Positions 24,138-33,197 are shown, counted from the stretch's first letter. The stretch is DNA of 52,464 nt from Parcubacteria group bacterium (GCA_041662285.1 JBAZSS010000004.1:1-52464), one strand, 5' to 3'. Notes: generated by a model from the sequence alone, not told the origin. Translations and numbers: made by a program.

Positions 24138-25121
24138 ATGAAAAAAAGAATCTTTTCCGGCATTCAGCCGTCAGGCAATCTTCATTTGGGCAACTATTTG
24201 GGAGCCATTAGAAACTGGGTCAAACTTCAAGACGAATATGATTCAATTTTTTGCGTGGTGGACATGCACGCCATCACAGTCCCCCAAGATCCTGCCGAGC
24301 TTCGTCGCAGAACCATCGAAGTCGCCAAGGTTTATTTGGCTTCCGGCATCGACCCAAAAAAATCCACCCTGTTTATTCAATCGCAAGTGAGCGAACACGC
24401 TGAGCTCTGCTGGATCCTAAACACAATTGCTAAAATTCCTGAACTAGAAAAAATGACCCAGTTTAAAGATAAAACACAAAAAACTGGCAAAGAATCATCG
24501 GCCGTTGGACTTTTCGATTATCCAGTCCTTATGGCCTCAGATATCATTCTCTACGACAGCGAACTCGTTCCGGTTGGTAAAGACCAAAAACAACATGTCG
24601 AACTCACCAGAACCCTAGCCGAAAGATTCAACAAAAAATTTGGTGAAACTTTTGTCATTCCAAAAGCCTACACAACCGAGACAAGCGAAAACATCATGGG
24701 ACTGGACGATCCAAGCAAGAAAATGTCAAAATCCGCTAAATCCGAATACAACTACATCGCCCTGAGCGATGATGAAGAAACTGTGCGAAGAAAAATCAAA
24801 AAAGCCGTGACAGATTCAGGCTCCGAAATTATTTACTCCGAAGAAAAGCCAGCCTTAAAAAACTTAATAAATATCTATTCCCTGCTTTCTGAAATTTCAC
24901 CCAAGGAAATTGAAAAAAAATATGTCGGCAAAGGTTATTCAGATTTCAAAACTGACCTCGCTGATGTTGTCATCAATTTCTTGCAACCTCTCCAACAAAA
25001 AATCGCCGATCTAACTGATGAAAAAGTTCTGCAAATCCTCGAAGCCGGCGCCAAAAAAGTCCGTCCGATTGCGAAGAAAAAATTGGAAGAAGTGAAGAAT
25101 AAAATTGGGTTTATAATTTAA
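24138..25121 (+). CDS. trpS: tryptophan--tRNA ligase
   Basis: 327-aa ORF. Class I HIGH-type motif GIQPSGNLHLGNYLG and KMSKS. Confidence 0.95.
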   Translation: MKKRIFSGIQPSGNLHLGNYLGAIRNWVKLQDEYDSIFCVVDMHAITVPQDPAELRRRTIEVAKVYLASGIDPKKSTLFIQSQVSEHAELCWILNTIAKIPELEKMTQFKDKTQKTGKESSAVGLFDYPVLMASDIILYDSELVPVGKDQKQHVELTRTLAERFNKKFGETFVIPKAYTTETSENIMGLDDPSKKMSKSAKSEYNYIALSDDEETVRRKIKKAVTDSGSEIIYSEEKPALKNLINIYSLLSEISPKEIEKKYVGKGYSDFKTDLADVVINFLQPLQQKIADLTDEKVLQILEAGAKKVRPIAKKKLEEVKNKIGFII

Positions 25122-25134
25122 TTATTAAAAAATA

Positions 25135-25725
25135 ATGATTAAAAATTTTTCCCCTGAACAAAAACTTCCTGATATTATTCCCGATAAGACAGAACAAGAA
25201 GAACTTTCGCGTGGTTTCAATAATGCCAAAATATTTCTAGCACGTTTTGAAATTAATAACTTAAGTAATATCGAGGCTGTAAAATTAAGAATGATTGTTA
25301 AACAATGCATCACTGAAAACAAAGAAACTAATGAAAAAATTTCAACTCTGGAAGAAAAAATAAATGAATTAAAGGAAGGTGATGAAAATACATCGGCTAT
25401 ATTAAAAAAACAAAAAAATATTTTGATTCATCATCTATTCAGTATTGCAAAAGAATCGGCTAGCCGTTGGTTGTGGGAATTATATGGTATACATATAGAT
25501 CATATACCTTACAATCATATCGCTATCGATAAAACAACTGGAGAAAATTTCAATTTCTTCATAAGTCCATATGAAATTGATAAAGGGGATAATAGATTAG
25601 AAAGAAAAATTGATAAAATAAAAGAAGATGGGCATAAATCATCCTGGGAGATTAAATATGATAAAAAATTCATAGAATACTTGAAAATACTCAGAGAAAA
25701 ATCTCACCTTCCTGCCGGTTTATAA
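25135..25725 (+). CDS. hypothetical protein (cargo of a small insertion at the trpS 3' end)
   Basis: 196-aa ORF with no recognisable motif. It is bracketed by duplicated trpS 3'-end sequence. Confidence 0.5.
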   Translation: MIKNFSPEQKLPDIIPDKTEQEELSRGFNNAKIFLARFEINNLSNIEAVKLRMIVKQCITENKETNEKISTLEEKINELKEGDENTSAILKKQKNILIHHLFSIAKESASRWLWELYGIHIDHIPYNHIAIDKTTGENFNFFISPYEIDKGDNRLERKIDKIKEDGHKSSWEIKYDKKFIEYLKILREKSHLPAGL

Positions 25726-25733
25726 ATATATAT

Positions 25734-25782
25734 CCAAAAAAGTCCGTCCGATTGCGAGGAAAAAATTGGATTTATCATTTAG
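25734..25782 (+). repeat. duplicated remnant of the trpS 3' end
   Basis: CCAAAAAAGTCCGTCCGATTGCGAGGAAAAAATTGGA matches 25051..25087 at 36 of 37 positions. The tail TTTATCATTTAG matches the trpS end TTTATAATTTAA, with an internal gap of about 22 nt. Confidence 0.85.
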
Positions 25783-25784
25783 CC

Positions 25785-27134
25785 TTAGGATCTTATCATC
25801 CCCAACACTTCCTCTCTTTTCTCTTCCATCAATTCTTTCGTCTTAGCTTCAAGATTTAGACGAAGAACTGGTTCGGTGTTTGAGGCTCGAACACTGAACC
25901 ACCAATCAGGAAAATCAATTCGAATTCCGTCTAGCGTATCTAGTTTTCCGATTGAATATTTTTCTTTTAATTTATTCATCACAGCTTCCTTGTCTTCCAC
26001 TTCCGAATTTATTTCTCCAGAGTGAAAATATCTTTTGAGATCATGAACTAGCTCTGACATTTTTTGGCCAGTTTCATTCATTAAATTAAGAAGCATCAAA
26101 ACTGCCAATGTTGCCATCTCCGCCTTGGAATTAGCTTCGAAAAAATAATGACCGGAAAGTTCACCAGCAAAAATTGCGCCCTCTGCACGCATTTGTTTTT
26201 TGATCAAAGAATGTCCCACCCGGCAACGATTCACTTTTCCACCCGCTTCTTCAATCACTTCCTTGACTGCATTAGAACTACGAAGATCCATAAGAACTAG
26301 CCCACCAGGATTTTTTTTGAGAACCTCCTTGGCTAAAAGGGCAATCAAATAATCCATTGGCACTGCCTCCCCTTTTTCGTCGACAAAACCTACTCGGTCT
26401 GCATCGCCATCATAGGAAATTCCCAGATCTGCATTTTTTTCCAGAACTGTTTTTTGCAAAACTTCCAATGTTTCCACTTTCAAAGGGTTGGCTTCATGAT
26501 TGGGAAAGTTACCATCTAATTCTTCGAATAAATAATCAACTTCCAGATTTTCCGGAAATTTTTCAAACACTCCTTTTTCCACTGCTCCCATACCATTACC
26601 AAAATCAACTACAATCTTTTTCTTAGCAAAATCTTTGTTAAAAAATCCCGCCACATAATCAATATATTGATTCCCTATTTCAAAATTTTCCGAAACCTTC
26701 CCTTTGTTTTCGGCTTCAATAAATTCACCCTTAACAGCTAGTTCTTTTATTTCCTCCATTCCACTTCCCTCTCCAATTGGCACCGCACCTTGGAAGCAAA
26801 ACTTCATTCCATTATACTGAGCTGGATTATGCGAAGCCGTAATGATAACCGCTACGTCCACCGCTAACTTCCAAGAAGAAAAATAGGTCATAGGCGTCGA
26901 AGCCAACCCAATTTTCACCACATCTGCTCCTTGATCAGTTATACCCATTACTAACGCTTCTTCCATTTCCGGTGAAGATACGCGCATATCACGTCCTACG
27001 GCTATTTTTTTGGCCTTAGTAAATGCTACCAAAGCTCGACCGATGTTATAAGCCGTTTCACCATTGATCTCTTCCGGATAAAGTCCGCGAATATCATAGG
27101 CCTTAAAAATCTTCGGATTTATTGTTTTTTTCAT
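25785..27134 (-). CDS. phosphomannomutase / phosphoglucomutase
   Basis: 449-aa ORF. Active-site loop TASHNPAQYNGMKF, Mg site DGDADR and sugar-binding GELSGH. Confidence 0.9.
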   Translation of the reverse strand: MKKTINPKIFKAYDIRGLYPEEINGETAYNIGRALVAFTKAKKIAVGRDMRVSSPEMEEALVMGITDQGADVVKIGLASTPMTYFSSWKLAVDVAVIITASHNPAQYNGMKFCFQGAVPIGEGSGMEEIKELAVKGEFIEAENKGKVSENFEIGNQYIDYVAGFFNKDFAKKKIVVDFGNGMGAVEKGVFEKFPENLEVDYLFEELDGNFPNHEANPLKVETLEVLQKTVLEKNADLGISYDGDADRVGFVDEKGEAVPMDYLIALLAKEVLKKNPGGLVLMDLRSSNAVKEVIEEAGGKVNRCRVGHSLIKKQMRAEGAIFAGELSGHYFFEANSKAEMATLAVLMLLNLMNETGQKMSELVHDLKRYFHSGEINSEVEDKEAVMNKLKEKYSIGKLDTLDGIRIDFPDWWFSVRASNTEPVLRLNLEAKTKELMEEKREEVLGMIRS

Positions 27135-27183
27135 AATAATATTTTACTATTTATGCCTCTATAATAGCATATTTTCGCCAAAT

Positions 27184-27210
27184 CAAAAATCCCCCCTTAT
27201 GGAGGATTTT
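27184..27210 (-). terminator. intrinsic terminator after the Cys-rich gene
   Basis: The minus strand reads AAAATCCTCC-ATAA-GGGGGGATTTT followed by TGATTT. Confidence 0.65.
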
Positions 27211-27230
27211 AGACAATATTTATGCGTATA

Positions 27231-27767
27231 TTAATTTGTAGTTGAATTTGTAGTTGTAGGAACAATACATTTCGGTGCGCCAAAACATCCACATTCATTT
27301 TTTTCTCCCGGAACTATTTTTCCATTTTTACACCAATCTGGTGGTAACGGAGAAAGTTGTGGACATGAACCACATTTGCATGTTGGCGCTTTTGGGCATC
27401 CACAGTTGTCTTTTCCTCCTGATATTATTTGCCCGTCTTTGCACCAATCTGGCGGAAAAGAAGCAACTTGTTTACATAAACCACATTTATTTCGCAGAGA
27501 TTTTTCACATTCTTTTTTTTCTTCAAAAGTTTTCAAACCTTCATATTGATATTTTCCACAAAATTTATTATGCAAACACTCAGTGCTTTGACTATTATGC
27601 CACCAATAATTTTGACATTTTTCTGTTTTTAAATTATTTGTTTTATTTTTAGCTATTTTCATCGCGCCCATTGCCAGTATTCCCCCAACACTAATCACTG
27701 CAATAGCCACCGCCACTATAGTGCCAGTCTTGATTTTTGTTTTTGTCTTTGTTATTGTTTTTTTCAT
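27231..27767 (-). CDS. membrane-anchored Cys-rich protein with two tandem CGxC...PPDWCK.G.I..G....CGC..AP.C modules
   Basis: 178-aa ORF. TM helix GTIVAVAIAVISVGGILAMGAM, then 20+ Cys. Internal repeat CGLCKQVASFPPDWCKDGQIISGGKDNCGCPKAPTC / CGSCPQLSPLPPDWCKNGKIVPGEKNECGCFGAPKC. Confidence 0.6.
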   Translation of the reverse strand: MKKTITKTKTKIKTGTIVAVAIAVISVGGILAMGAMKIAKNKTNNLKTEKCQNYWWHNSQSTECLHNKFCGKYQYEGLKTFEEKKECEKSLRNKCGLCKQVASFPPDWCKDGQIISGGKDNCGCPKAPTCKCGSCPQLSPLPPDWCKNGKIVPGEKNECGCFGAPKCIVPTTTNSTTN

Positions 27768-27845
27768 TTTTTTTAAAATTAAATATTTTTACTTACTTCC
27801 AACTAAATTAATTATACCATACTTTACCAAAAAGTTATCCCCAAG

Positions 27846-28805
27846 CTATCTTTTCACCTCTCGATATTCTCTGGCAATTTGAGCTACATCTGTTATTTTC
27901 ACTTCTGGAATAATTTTACATTTTTTCGATTTATTGTTGATACATCCCATTCTAGCTTTGCTAGATGCTTCGTCCATTAAATCTATCGCCTTATCCGGAA
28001 AGGATCGTCCAGGCAACATTTTTTCTGATTGTTCTATGCAAGCCCTGATGACTTTTTCTGAAATTCTAACATTATGAAAAGATTCATATTTTGATTTTAT
28101 GCCCTTAAGTATTTCAAAGGTATCTTTTTTGCTCGGCTCTTTCACAAAAATTGGTTGCATTCTTCTTTTGAAAGCTAGGTCTGTATGAAAATATTGGTCA
28201 TATTCTTCTTTGGTCGTAGCACCGATTATTTGCAATTCTCCTCTAGCCATTGCTGGCTTAAAAATATCTCCCACTGAAACTGACTCGCCAGAACTTTCGG
28301 CCTGAATGAGATTGTGAATTTCATCAATAAAGAGAATGATTTTTCTTTTTGAGTTAGATATTTCATTGGTGAGCTTCCTCACTCTTTCTTCAAATTCACC
28401 CCGATATTTCGTTCCAGCCAAAAGAGCATTAAGATCAAGCATCAAAACTCTTTTGCCGAAAAGACTTGCGGGAACATTTTTCTGCGAAACATTATGCGCC
28501 AAACCTTCTACAATCGCAGTTTTTCCAACACCAGCGTCTCCAATCAGCACAGCATTGTTTTTAGTCCTGCGACTCAAAACCATAATAAGATGATTTATTT
28601 CTTTTTCTCGGCCGATGACCGGGTCAAGCTGGTTTTTTCTAGCTAAATCAGTGATGTCTTTTGAGAAACTGTTTATAACAGGTGTAGCGGTGAAAATTTT
28701 AACTGATTTGTTTTTTGAAAATCTAAACAATAAATAACCCAGCATAGCTATTACTATTATAGCCATGGAAGGGATTGGATTATTATATACAGAAAATATA
28801 TTCAT
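27846..28805 (-). CDS. membrane-anchored single-domain AAA+ ATPase homologous to NBD1 of ClpA/ClpB/ClpC
   Basis: 319-aa ORF. N-terminal TM helix, then [39 protein letters not shown], Walker B ILFIDEIH and [12 protein letters not shown]. No middle domain or NBD2. Confidence 0.8.
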   Translation of the reverse strand: MNIFSVYNNPIPSMAIIVIAMLGYLLFRFSKNKSVKIFTATPVINSFSKDITDLARKNQLDPVIGREKEINHLIMVLSRRTKNNAVLIGDAGVGKTAIVEGLAHNVSQKNVPASLFGKRVLMLDLNALLAGTKYRGEFEERVRKLTNEISNSKRKIILFIDEIHNLIQAESSGESVSVGDIFKPAMARGELQIIGATTKEEYDQYFHTDLAFKRRMQPIFVKEPSKKDTFEILKGIKSKYESFHNVRISEKVIRACIEQSEKMLPGRSFPDKAIDLMDEASSKARMGCINNKSKKCKIIPEVKITDVAQIAREYREVKR

Positions 28806-28866
28806 TTATTATTTTGTTTTTATTGTTTATTTTATCCTAATAATATTATATACTGAAATCATATAT

Positions 28867-30114
28867 ATGCAAACAATTTCTCTAAACCACAGAAGAAATG
28901 TCTCAATTTTGGCTCTCGGCGCTGAATCGGCTGGGAATTTTTCGGTTTTTCGTGATGGAAGAATATTTTCCTCGGATGATTTTGGGGATCTTTTAGAAGA
29001 AGCTAATTGGATAAAATATCAAGCATCCGTTTTGAAATATTTGAAGGATAATAAAATCAAACCGCAAATTATTCTAACCGATCTTCATCCACTATACAAA
29101 ACTACTCTTTGGGGAGAAGAACTCGCCAAAAAATCTAGCGCTAAATTTGTTCAAGTCCAACATCACCACGCCCACATATTTTCTGCTGTTGGAGACAAAA
29201 TTTTGCATAATACTTCCTACTTACTACCTCCTACTTTTTATTGCATCGCTATGGATGGCACTGGTTTTGGAGTAGATGAAAAAATTTGGGGAGGAGAAGC
29301 TTTTAAAGTAGAAAGTAGAAAGAATAAAGTAGCAAGCGTAAAACGAATTGGGCATTTGGAAAATCAGGTTATGGTTAGTGGGGATTTAGCCGTGCGAGAG
29401 CCAGCCAGAATGTTAATTGGAGTGTTAAGTAAACTGTTAAGTAACAAAGAAATATATCCTTTCATCAAAAAATATTATACCAAAAACGAATTTGAACTTA
29501 TATATAATCAGCTTCAACAAAATTTCAACTGCCTAGAAACTTCCAGCACTGGAAGAGTTTTAGACGCCATTTCGCTTTTATTAGGTTTTTGTGGGAATGT
29601 TAGAAAATATAAACACGAACCTATCGATAAACTCGAAAAAAATTCAGATACTCCGTATTCCGATTTAAAACCGAAAATAATTTTTGATAAAAAAGAAAAA
29701 AAATACATTCTTTTAACCACGCCCCTTTTTAAATATTTAATAAAAAATATTAACAAAGACAAGAAGAGACTTGCCACCACAGCTCAGATCTATATCGCCG
29801 AAGGGTTATATGAAATAATAAAACTAAAATGCTATAATAATGCAGGTTCAATCGTCCCGATTGAACCGCAAAGTTCTGATAAACTTAAATTTAAAAATTC
29901 AAATAAGATTTTGCCAGAAATAAAAGGTTTAGGCAAGATGCCTGAACCTGCCTATGCTCAGTATGATAATATTTTCATTTCTGGTGGCATTGCTAATAAT
30001 AAAATAATTTCAAATTATTTTATTTCCAAAGGTGCTTATGCTTCCAAGATAATTCCCCGTGGCGACGCCGGACTTTCTTTTGGGCAAATCGTTTATTATC
30101 TTTTGGGAAAATAA
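28867..30114 (+). CDS. hypF: HypF-like carbamoyltransferase, Kae1-like C-terminal domain only
   Basis: Start taken at MQTISLN (Met35 of the 449-aa ORF). ILALGAESAGNFSV, QHHHAH, and a C-terminal FISGGIANNKII...PRGDAGLSFGQ match the HypF C-terminal domain. Acylphosphatase, Zn-finger and YrdC-like parts are absent. Confidence 0.65.
   Translation: MQTISLNHRRNVSILALGAESAGNFSVFRDGRIFSSDDFGDLLEEANWIKYQASVLKYLKDNKIKPQIILTDLHPLYKTTLWGEELAKKSSAKFVQVQHHHAHIFSAVGDKILHNTSYLLPPTFYCIAMDGTGFGVDEKIWGGEAFKVESRKNKVASVKRIGHLENQVMVSGDLAVREPARMLIGVLSKLLSNKEIYPFIKKYYTKNEFELIYNQLQQNFNCLETSSTGRVLDAISLLLGFCGNVRKYKHEPIDKLEKNSDTPYSDLKPKIIFDKKEKKYILLTTPLFKYLIKNINKDKKRLATTAQIYIAEGLYEIIKLKCYNNAGSIVPIEPQSSDKLKFKNSNKILPEIKGLGKMPEPAYAQYDNIFISGGIANNKIISNYFISKGAYASKIIPRGDAGLSFGQIVYYLLGK
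29845..29948. repeat. short copy of the hairpin-ended (GGTTCA..CG) element, inserted in frame in hypF
   Basis: GGTTCAATCG-TCC-CGATTGAACC and GGTTTAGGCA-AGA-TGCCTGAACC match the two ends of 2125..2371 in reverse orientation. Translated as ...AGSIVPIEPQSS...KGLGKMPEPA... Confidence 0.65.
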
Positions 30115-30178
30115 AAGCCCCATACGATACGATTTCGCAGAGGCTCCGGATCATATTTGCCCAATCCGGTAGGCTTTT

Positions 30179-30200
30179 GTGGCGAGTTTGCCACCTTTTT
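30179..30200 (+). terminator. possible intrinsic terminator of hypF
   Basis: GTGGC-GAGTTT-GCCAC followed by CTTTTTGG. Confidence 0.5.
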
Positions 30201-30233
30201 GGAAAAATAATAACCATATACTATAAATCGGAA

Positions 30234-30635
30234 TTAAACTAATTCCAATTCAGAATCGGTCATAAGATTTATAAGAAAATCCGTACCCTTCTGACCGACG
30301 CCAAATGGATTTCCAATAATCCTTTTTTGAATTTTATGTTCTTCGAAATTGATTAATGACCATTTGATATTTTCATCCAATAGCCATGAAATCCTAAAGG
30401 TTTTTTTAAGTTCTGCTTCACTTATAATTCCTTTGGTCTTTTTTCTGGATTTATCAATATCTTCAAAATTAGTGTTTATTATTACTTCTGTAAATAAATC
30501 ACCAACGCAATCTCCATTTCTCTCAATTAAAGCCACCATCTGACTTAAATTAAAATTGTTAGATAGAAAAACCCAATCAATATTATTTCGAAAAAAAGAC
30601 GCCACCGCGTGAGCTTGTTGACCTGTGATTTCCAT
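30234..30635 (-). CDS. hypothetical protein
   Basis: 133-aa ORF downstream of the hypE terminator and convergent with hypF. No recognisable motif. Confidence 0.45.
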   Translation of the reverse strand: MEITGQQAHAVASFFRNNIDWVFLSNNFNLSQMVALIERNGDCVGDLFTEVIINTNFEDIDKSRKKTKGIISEAELKKTFRISWLLDENIKWSLINFEEHKIQKRIIGNPFGVGQKGTDFLINLMTDSELELV

Positions 30636-30696
30636 AGTTACTCAATTTCCTCCAAATTTAGTTCCAGCCTTAGGTTAATATCAACTTTTAAATTTT

Positions 30697-30723
30697 GCCA
30701 CAGCACAAAAAAAATCTTTGAGA
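30697..30723 (-). terminator. intrinsic terminator after hypE
   Basis: The minus strand reads TCTTTGA-TAATC-TCAAAGA followed by T8. Nested within a 10-bp inverted repeat TTTTGCCACA...TGTGGCAAAA. Confidence 0.65.
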
Positions 30724-30788
30724 TTATCAAAGACACTTTTTAGGTTGTGGCAAAATAGGTTTTATTTTGTTTTTAAAGAACAATTATC

Positions 30789-31802
30789 TTAGCAAATTCT
30801 TGGAATCAGTTTCCCTCTCGGCACTTCAATTTTTTTGACAGCGCCAATTTTGGTTTTGAGCCAAACTTCTTTGCCCTTTTGTACTTCTCCAATTATTCTA
30901 GCAGATTTATTATATTTTTTCAAAATTCCAATTACTTTTTGAGAATCTTTTTTCGCCACTGTTGCCACAAACCTTCCTTCTGACGGAAAAGAAAAAACAT
31001 CAATGCCAAGAAGTTCTGAAATCGCCACGGTTTCTTTTTTGTACGGCAAATCTTTTTCTTCCAAAACAAATTTAGTTTTGGATTTTTCAGCCATCTCGTT
31101 TAGCACTGCTGCCATTCCTCCTCTAGTTGGATCTTTGCATGAAGTGAGATATTTAGCCACACTTTGAATTTCGGCAATGAGCGGTTGGCAATCGCTTTTT
31201 ATTTTTGTTTGATAATTAAATCTCTTGGCTAAAAGCGCCACGGCATGCTCGCCCAAATCTCCAGAAACAATTATGTCATCGCCGACTTTGGCACCATCAT
31301 TGGAAATTATTTCTTTGGCTAATCCCACTCCGGAAGTGGTAATTTCGATTTTGTCGATCTTGCCTTTTTCGGTAACCTTTGTGTCCCCCGTCACAATCGG
31401 AATTCCTGCTTCTTTCGATATTTTATTTATAGACTGAATTATTTTTTCTAAATCACTTTGCAAAAAACCTTCTTCAATCACAAGACTCAGTGAAATTCCA
31501 ATTGGCTTAGCACCCATAACTGAAAGATCATTTATCGTTCCACAGATCGCAATTTTTCCAATGTCTCCTCCGGGGAAAAACAATGGGTCAACAATAAAAG
31601 CATCTGTGGTAAAAACCAATTTATTGCGCTCTGTAGAGACGCAACATGTTGCGTCTCTACTCAAGTCAAAAACCGCCCCATCATCCTTAGTGTTTTTCCA
31701 TTTTCCTTTCACACTCAAAATCTTTCTTATGTTTCCAATAAGTTCTTCGGATTTTTTTCCTCCTCCGCCCATTTCAAGCTCGATGATTTTATTATTTTTC
31801 AT
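30789..31802 (-). CDS. hypE: hydrogenase maturation protein HypE
   Basis: AIR-synthase-like fold ending in the HypE-specific C-terminal PRIC. Start taken at MKNNKII (ATG at 31802, 4 nt after the hypD stop) rather than the extended ORF start at 31898. Confidence 0.9.
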   Translation of the reverse strand: MKNNKIIELEMGGGGKKSEELIGNIRKILSVKGKWKNTKDDGAVFDLSRDATCCVSTERNKLVFTTDAFIVDPLFFPGGDIGKIAICGTINDLSVMGAKPIGISLSLVIEEGFLQSDLEKIIQSINKISKEAGIPIVTGDTKVTEKGKIDKIEITTSGVGLAKEIISNDGAKVGDDIIVSGDLGEHAVALLAKRFNYQTKIKSDCQPLIAEIQSVAKYLTSCKDPTRGGMAAVLNEMAEKSKTKFVLEEKDLPYKKETVAISELLGIDVFSFPSEGRFVATVAKKDSQKVIGILKKYNKSARIIGEVQKGKEVWLKTKIGAVKKIEVPRGKLIPRIC

Positions 31803-31806
31803 AGTA

Positions 31807-32841
31807 TTATTCGGTGAAACGAAAATTAATATTACATGACCCTTCCCTCGAAACCATGCAAGCGCCTTGCGGATTGTCCGGTGTACAAGATTTTCCAAAT
31901 AATTTACACTGCTTCGATTCGATCAGTCCTTGCAAGACTTCTCCGCAACGACAAATGCTTTTCCTTGGTTTAATTTCTTTTTTTATTTTCGCAATCAAAT
32001 CTCGGTGGATAAATTCAGCGTCAAGATGCTGATATTTTTTTCGAATTTTCAATCCTGATTTTTCAATTTCTCCCAAGCCCCGCCAAGAAGCATTTCTGAT
32101 TTCGAAAATTTCAGAAATTATTTTTTGTGCTTTTTGATTACCTTCCTTTTTCACTAGTCTTGTATATTCATTTTCCACTTTTTTTTCTCCAGAAATTATT
32201 TGATCCAAAAGCATTTCAATCGCCAGAAGAACGTCCTCTGCGCCAAAGCCAGCAATCACTTGTGGGATTTTGAATTTTTCATAAACTTCTGCTCCGATAA
32301 TTGCACTCACATGGCCTGGATTAATAAATCCATCAACTCTAATTTTGTTATTAGCCATTAAGGCTTCCATGGCTGGTGGAAAAAGTTTGTGCGAGGAAAA
32401 AACTGCAAGCCCTTCCTGAATCCCCCAAGCTGTCATCACGGTTGTCGTTTCAAAACCAATTCCCCAAAAAACTAGATTGGGAATTTTTCTGGAAAGTTCT
32501 AACGCTTCGATTACGTCATAAACGATGTGGACTTGCGCACCCTTTTGCCTGGCATTTTCCAAACTACCCAAACTTCCAGGAATATTTGTTGCGTCTCCAT
32601 AGCAAGCAATTGGAATTCCAGCAAGCGCTAGTCCCGTGACAATATCAATTTCACTTTGATCGGTGACGCAAACCGGACAACCAGGACCTGTGATGAGTTT
32701 TATATTTTTTGGTAAAATATTTTTTATCCCGTGCTTTGCGATTGCCTCACTGTGTGTCCCGCAAAGTTCCATAAATCGAAGTGGTCGATTTATTTTTTGT
32801 GCTTTCTCCCAAATATTTTTTATGATTTTCTTAGATTCCAT
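31807..32841 (-). CDS. hypD: hydrogenase maturation protein HypD
   Basis: 344-aa ORF with motifs MELCGTHSEAI, GPGCPVCV and NPGHVS, plus C-terminal Cys clusters. Confidence 0.9.
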   Translation of the reverse strand: MESKKIIKNIWEKAQKINRPLRFMELCGTHSEAIAKHGIKNILPKNIKLITGPGCPVCVTDQSEIDIVTGLALAGIPIACYGDATNIPGSLGSLENARQKGAQVHIVYDVIEALELSRKIPNLVFWGIGFETTTVMTAWGIQEGLAVFSSHKLFPPAMEALMANNKIRVDGFINPGHVSAIIGAEVYEKFKIPQVIAGFGAEDVLLAIEMLLDQIISGEKKVENEYTRLVKKEGNQKAQKIISEIFEIRNASWRGLGEIEKSGLKIRKKYQHLDAEFIHRDLIAKIKKEIKPRKSICRCGEVLQGLIESKQCKLFGKSCTPDNPQGACMVSREGSCNINFRFTE

Positions 32842-33037
32842 TTTTTAAGTAAGCGTTAATTTCTTTCACATTCTCTTTCTCCATCTTCTCAATCGCAAAA
32901 CCAGCATGCACCATCACATAATCACCAACCTTAACATCCACAATACTGATATTTATCTCTTTTTTGACGCCTTGAAAATCAACTATCGCCAGTTGATTTT
33001 TTATTTTTATAATTTTTCCTGGGATTGCGAGACACAT
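32831..33037 (-). CDS. hypC: hydrogenase maturation chaperone HypC
   Basis: 68-aa ORF starting MCLAIPGKI (the essential Cys2 motif). Overlaps the hypD start by 11 nt. Confidence 0.85.
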   Translation of the reverse strand: MCLAIPGKIIKIKNQLAIVDFQGVKKEINISIVDVKVGDYVMVHAGFAIEKMEKENVKEINAYLKNGI

Positions 33038-33081
33038 GCCAATTTTGTCTGCGAGCAGAGCGAGTAGCTACAAAATTGAGC

Positions 33082-33197
33082 ACCCCTGCACCAGTTCGCA
33101 GAACTATCTTAATATTATTATATTATTAAAGCCGTTAGGCGACCACGCACACTAAACTAAATATTATATCAATCTTTATTGGAACTGGTGCGGGGTT
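33082..33197. repeat. ~116-nt element with 15-nt terminal inverted repeats, between the HydA-like gene and hypC
   Basis: CACCCCTGCACCAGTTC ... GAACTGGTGCGGGGT. The right end abuts the stop codon of 33200..34228. Confidence 0.55.

Noticed and set aside
31803-31898. An extended HypE start overlapping hypD by 92 nt
   Set aside because: The extra 32 residues have no HypE counterpart. The Met at 31802 gives a 4-nt gap after the hypD stop and a normal-length HypE of 337 aa.
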